The translations under genes were made by a program, and so were the position numbers. The notes beneath the pieces are model-generated. The model did no database searches. It was not told the origin of the DNA and was given only the letters and a program-made list of their open reading frames with translations. A stretch of DNA of 61,610 bases, filler included, from Nemertoderma westbladi (lineage: Eukaryota > Animalia > Xenacoelomorpha), in the NCBI GenBank assembly GCA_032718475.1. It is 3 parts of 3 records of this genome, joined end to end, with 100 filler letters (N's around TTAATTAATTAA, not from the genome) between each part and the next. Parts side by side here need not be neighbours in the genome. Positions count along the whole stretch, not along the records: positions 51,774 to 61,610 come from JAUCBJ010000428.1; 2 more parts are not named here. One strand, 5' to 3'. This document shows, one piece after another, positions 60,132 to 61,610 of the stretch (the first letter of the stretch is position 1; the number at the start of each line of letters is the position of its first letter).

Positions 60132-61119
60132 TTACCATGGAATGAGCCTAAAATACTATCCCATTCGATTCATTAATATTAATTTATTTGTAAAATTTAA
60201 ATCAGATATAATCAGATATGTTTTTTTGGGGTGTGGGGGGCTCATTCATCTGGAGAAAATTACCACATGTATCGCCATCCAAAATATAATAAATAGATTG
60301 TAATTACCTGGAAATGGTGTTATCAGCCCAATTTGGATCAATAGTGAAGGAATTCGGGTAGTCACCTGGAGATACTATAGCATAGGCACCTGACCATCTT
60401 GCTCCATCATACAAAATCCAACTATAATAAAAAAAATTATATTTATTAACATTTTAGTTTAAAAATAATTTCCCATTTAAATAATAATTGTTAATAATTT
60501 GGGTAGGCCTAAATGTCTGTGATTTTGTCTGGGGTTTGTTTAATAATGTTATATATAATTTATAGTTTTCGCCCTACACAGGGCAATAAGAATAAGATTC
60601 ATTCCTTTTCGCCAATGAGGTCTCTAATTTTACTGCAGTGCAGTATTTAACAGACGCTGTACTTTATGTCCCTTCTTAAATAAAAAGATGACTACAGTAC
60701 TTACAGTACGATGCGGTTGAACAGTTGGGAACATGTTGTTTCTGTATCCAAAAAAATGGAAAACATATTTTGCACAACTTTGGCTTGAATTAATTCACAA
60801 ATTACAATATTTTAATAATATATATACTACTGCACATACATACCTTCCACATTTAACACGAATACTTGAAACCGTATTGTCCATAGCGCTATTGTAGGCG
60901 AAAGCATTATTATATAGATCCCCATGGAATTCCAAATGAGAGCCTTCAAAATTCAGATCTGTGTAAAATATGATCCAGGGGCTCTGGCATTCCCCGGTAA
61001 CTGTTTCTTTAAGTCGTCGAATAGAAGATAAATGATTGCCTAAGATTGGATCAAATGCTTCGGTGCATGGATAAATTCCTGGATTCAGAATGCGTCTTCT
61101 TCCTGTGTAGTCGTCGCCA
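60132..61119 (-). CDS. Beta-gamma-crystallin domain protein, 3' exons (5' part not resolved or outside the window)
   Basis: Exons 61119-60844 and 60421-60308 (GT-AG, phase 2), probable last exon 60147-60132. Translation: GDDYTGRRRILNPGIYP...NHLSSIRR...WIIFYTDLNFEGSHLEF...MDNTVSSIRVKCG-SWILYDGARWSGAYAIVSPGDYPN...ADNTIS-RLIPW*. These are Greek-key (Y/F)xxxx(F/Y/W)xG...S signatures. Confidence 0.8.
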
Positions 61120-61314
61120 CTAAAGTGTAATATATGATTATTTTCTATATTAAAGTATTAGGTTCATAATTTTATTTATGGGAAGATGAGTATTAGGGGA
61201 ACACCTCTGACGGGCACAGTTTCATACCACATAGCATATGCTTACTTGTATTAAAACTAAATTTATTACTAGTTTTATTCGTGAAGTTTTGTCTTCCTAT
61301 TGTATATTCAAGCT

Positions 61315-61430
61315 AAGCAAACAGTCGGCCGAAGCCGGAGGCGACCCGAAGGCACCTCTTTCGATAGCTACTACCCGAAGGTAGGTGTGGTTGCTACTCC
61401 TGTCTGCTACACGAAGGTAGGGGTGGGCGC
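61315..61430 (-). mobile_element. Third copy of the structured SINE tail, with a partial internal duplication
   Basis: Reverse complement of the 12510-12600 sequence; the first hairpin block is present twice. Confidence 0.75.
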
Positions 61431-61610
61431 TAGGGATGCGACAGAGCTCCGGCTCCGGAGCTCCGGGCCAATTTTCTAGCTCCGGCTCTGGTTCCGGCTC
61501 CCGGCAAATTAACCCGGAGCCAATCCGGAGCTTATATTGTTTAAATTCGAATTAAAATAATAAGTTTTTCTGATGTATGAATAATGTAAATATCATAGGT
61601 GTAATATTAT
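61431..61610. mobile_element. hAT-like MITE start
   Basis: TAGGGATG terminus followed by repeated GCTCCGG/CCGGAGC motifs. The other end is not in the window. Confidence 0.45.

Overview
AT-rich, repeat-dense animal (probably invertebrate) nuclear DNA with two artificial 100-bp scaffold gaps. Four host genes are supported. (1) A plus-strand gene of at least 13 exons (7965 to the gap at 30109) encodes a coiled-coil then Ser/Thr/Pro-rich protein. Its third intron is filled by a ~9.8-kb array of a 37-bp unit that looks like a tandem amplification of the intron's own 5' splice site. (2) An intronless AGO-clade Argonaute has an intact DEDH slicer tetrad (32272-35523, minus). (3) An intronless FHIP2/FAM160B homologue lies at 44019-46178 (minus). 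(4) The 3' exons of a beta-gamma-crystallin-domain gene (60132-61119, minus) are missing from the ORF track. Mobile DNA includes an intact-looking EnSpm/CACTA-type transposase, a foldback MULE with a 9-bp TSD, a decayed Gypsy, an internally deleted BEL/Pao element with both LTRs and TSD, an IS3EU-like transposase pseudogene, LINE fragments, tRNA-derived SINEs (one with a UUCG-hairpin-rich tail), and several MITEs and micro-palindromes. The most unusual signals are the splice-donor satellite, the pair of intronless genes with steep 3' GC gradients, the structured SINE tail inserted twice in the satellite, and a ~50-70-bp module recurring six times in one orientation. Family assignments come from motif recognition by eye, not database searches.
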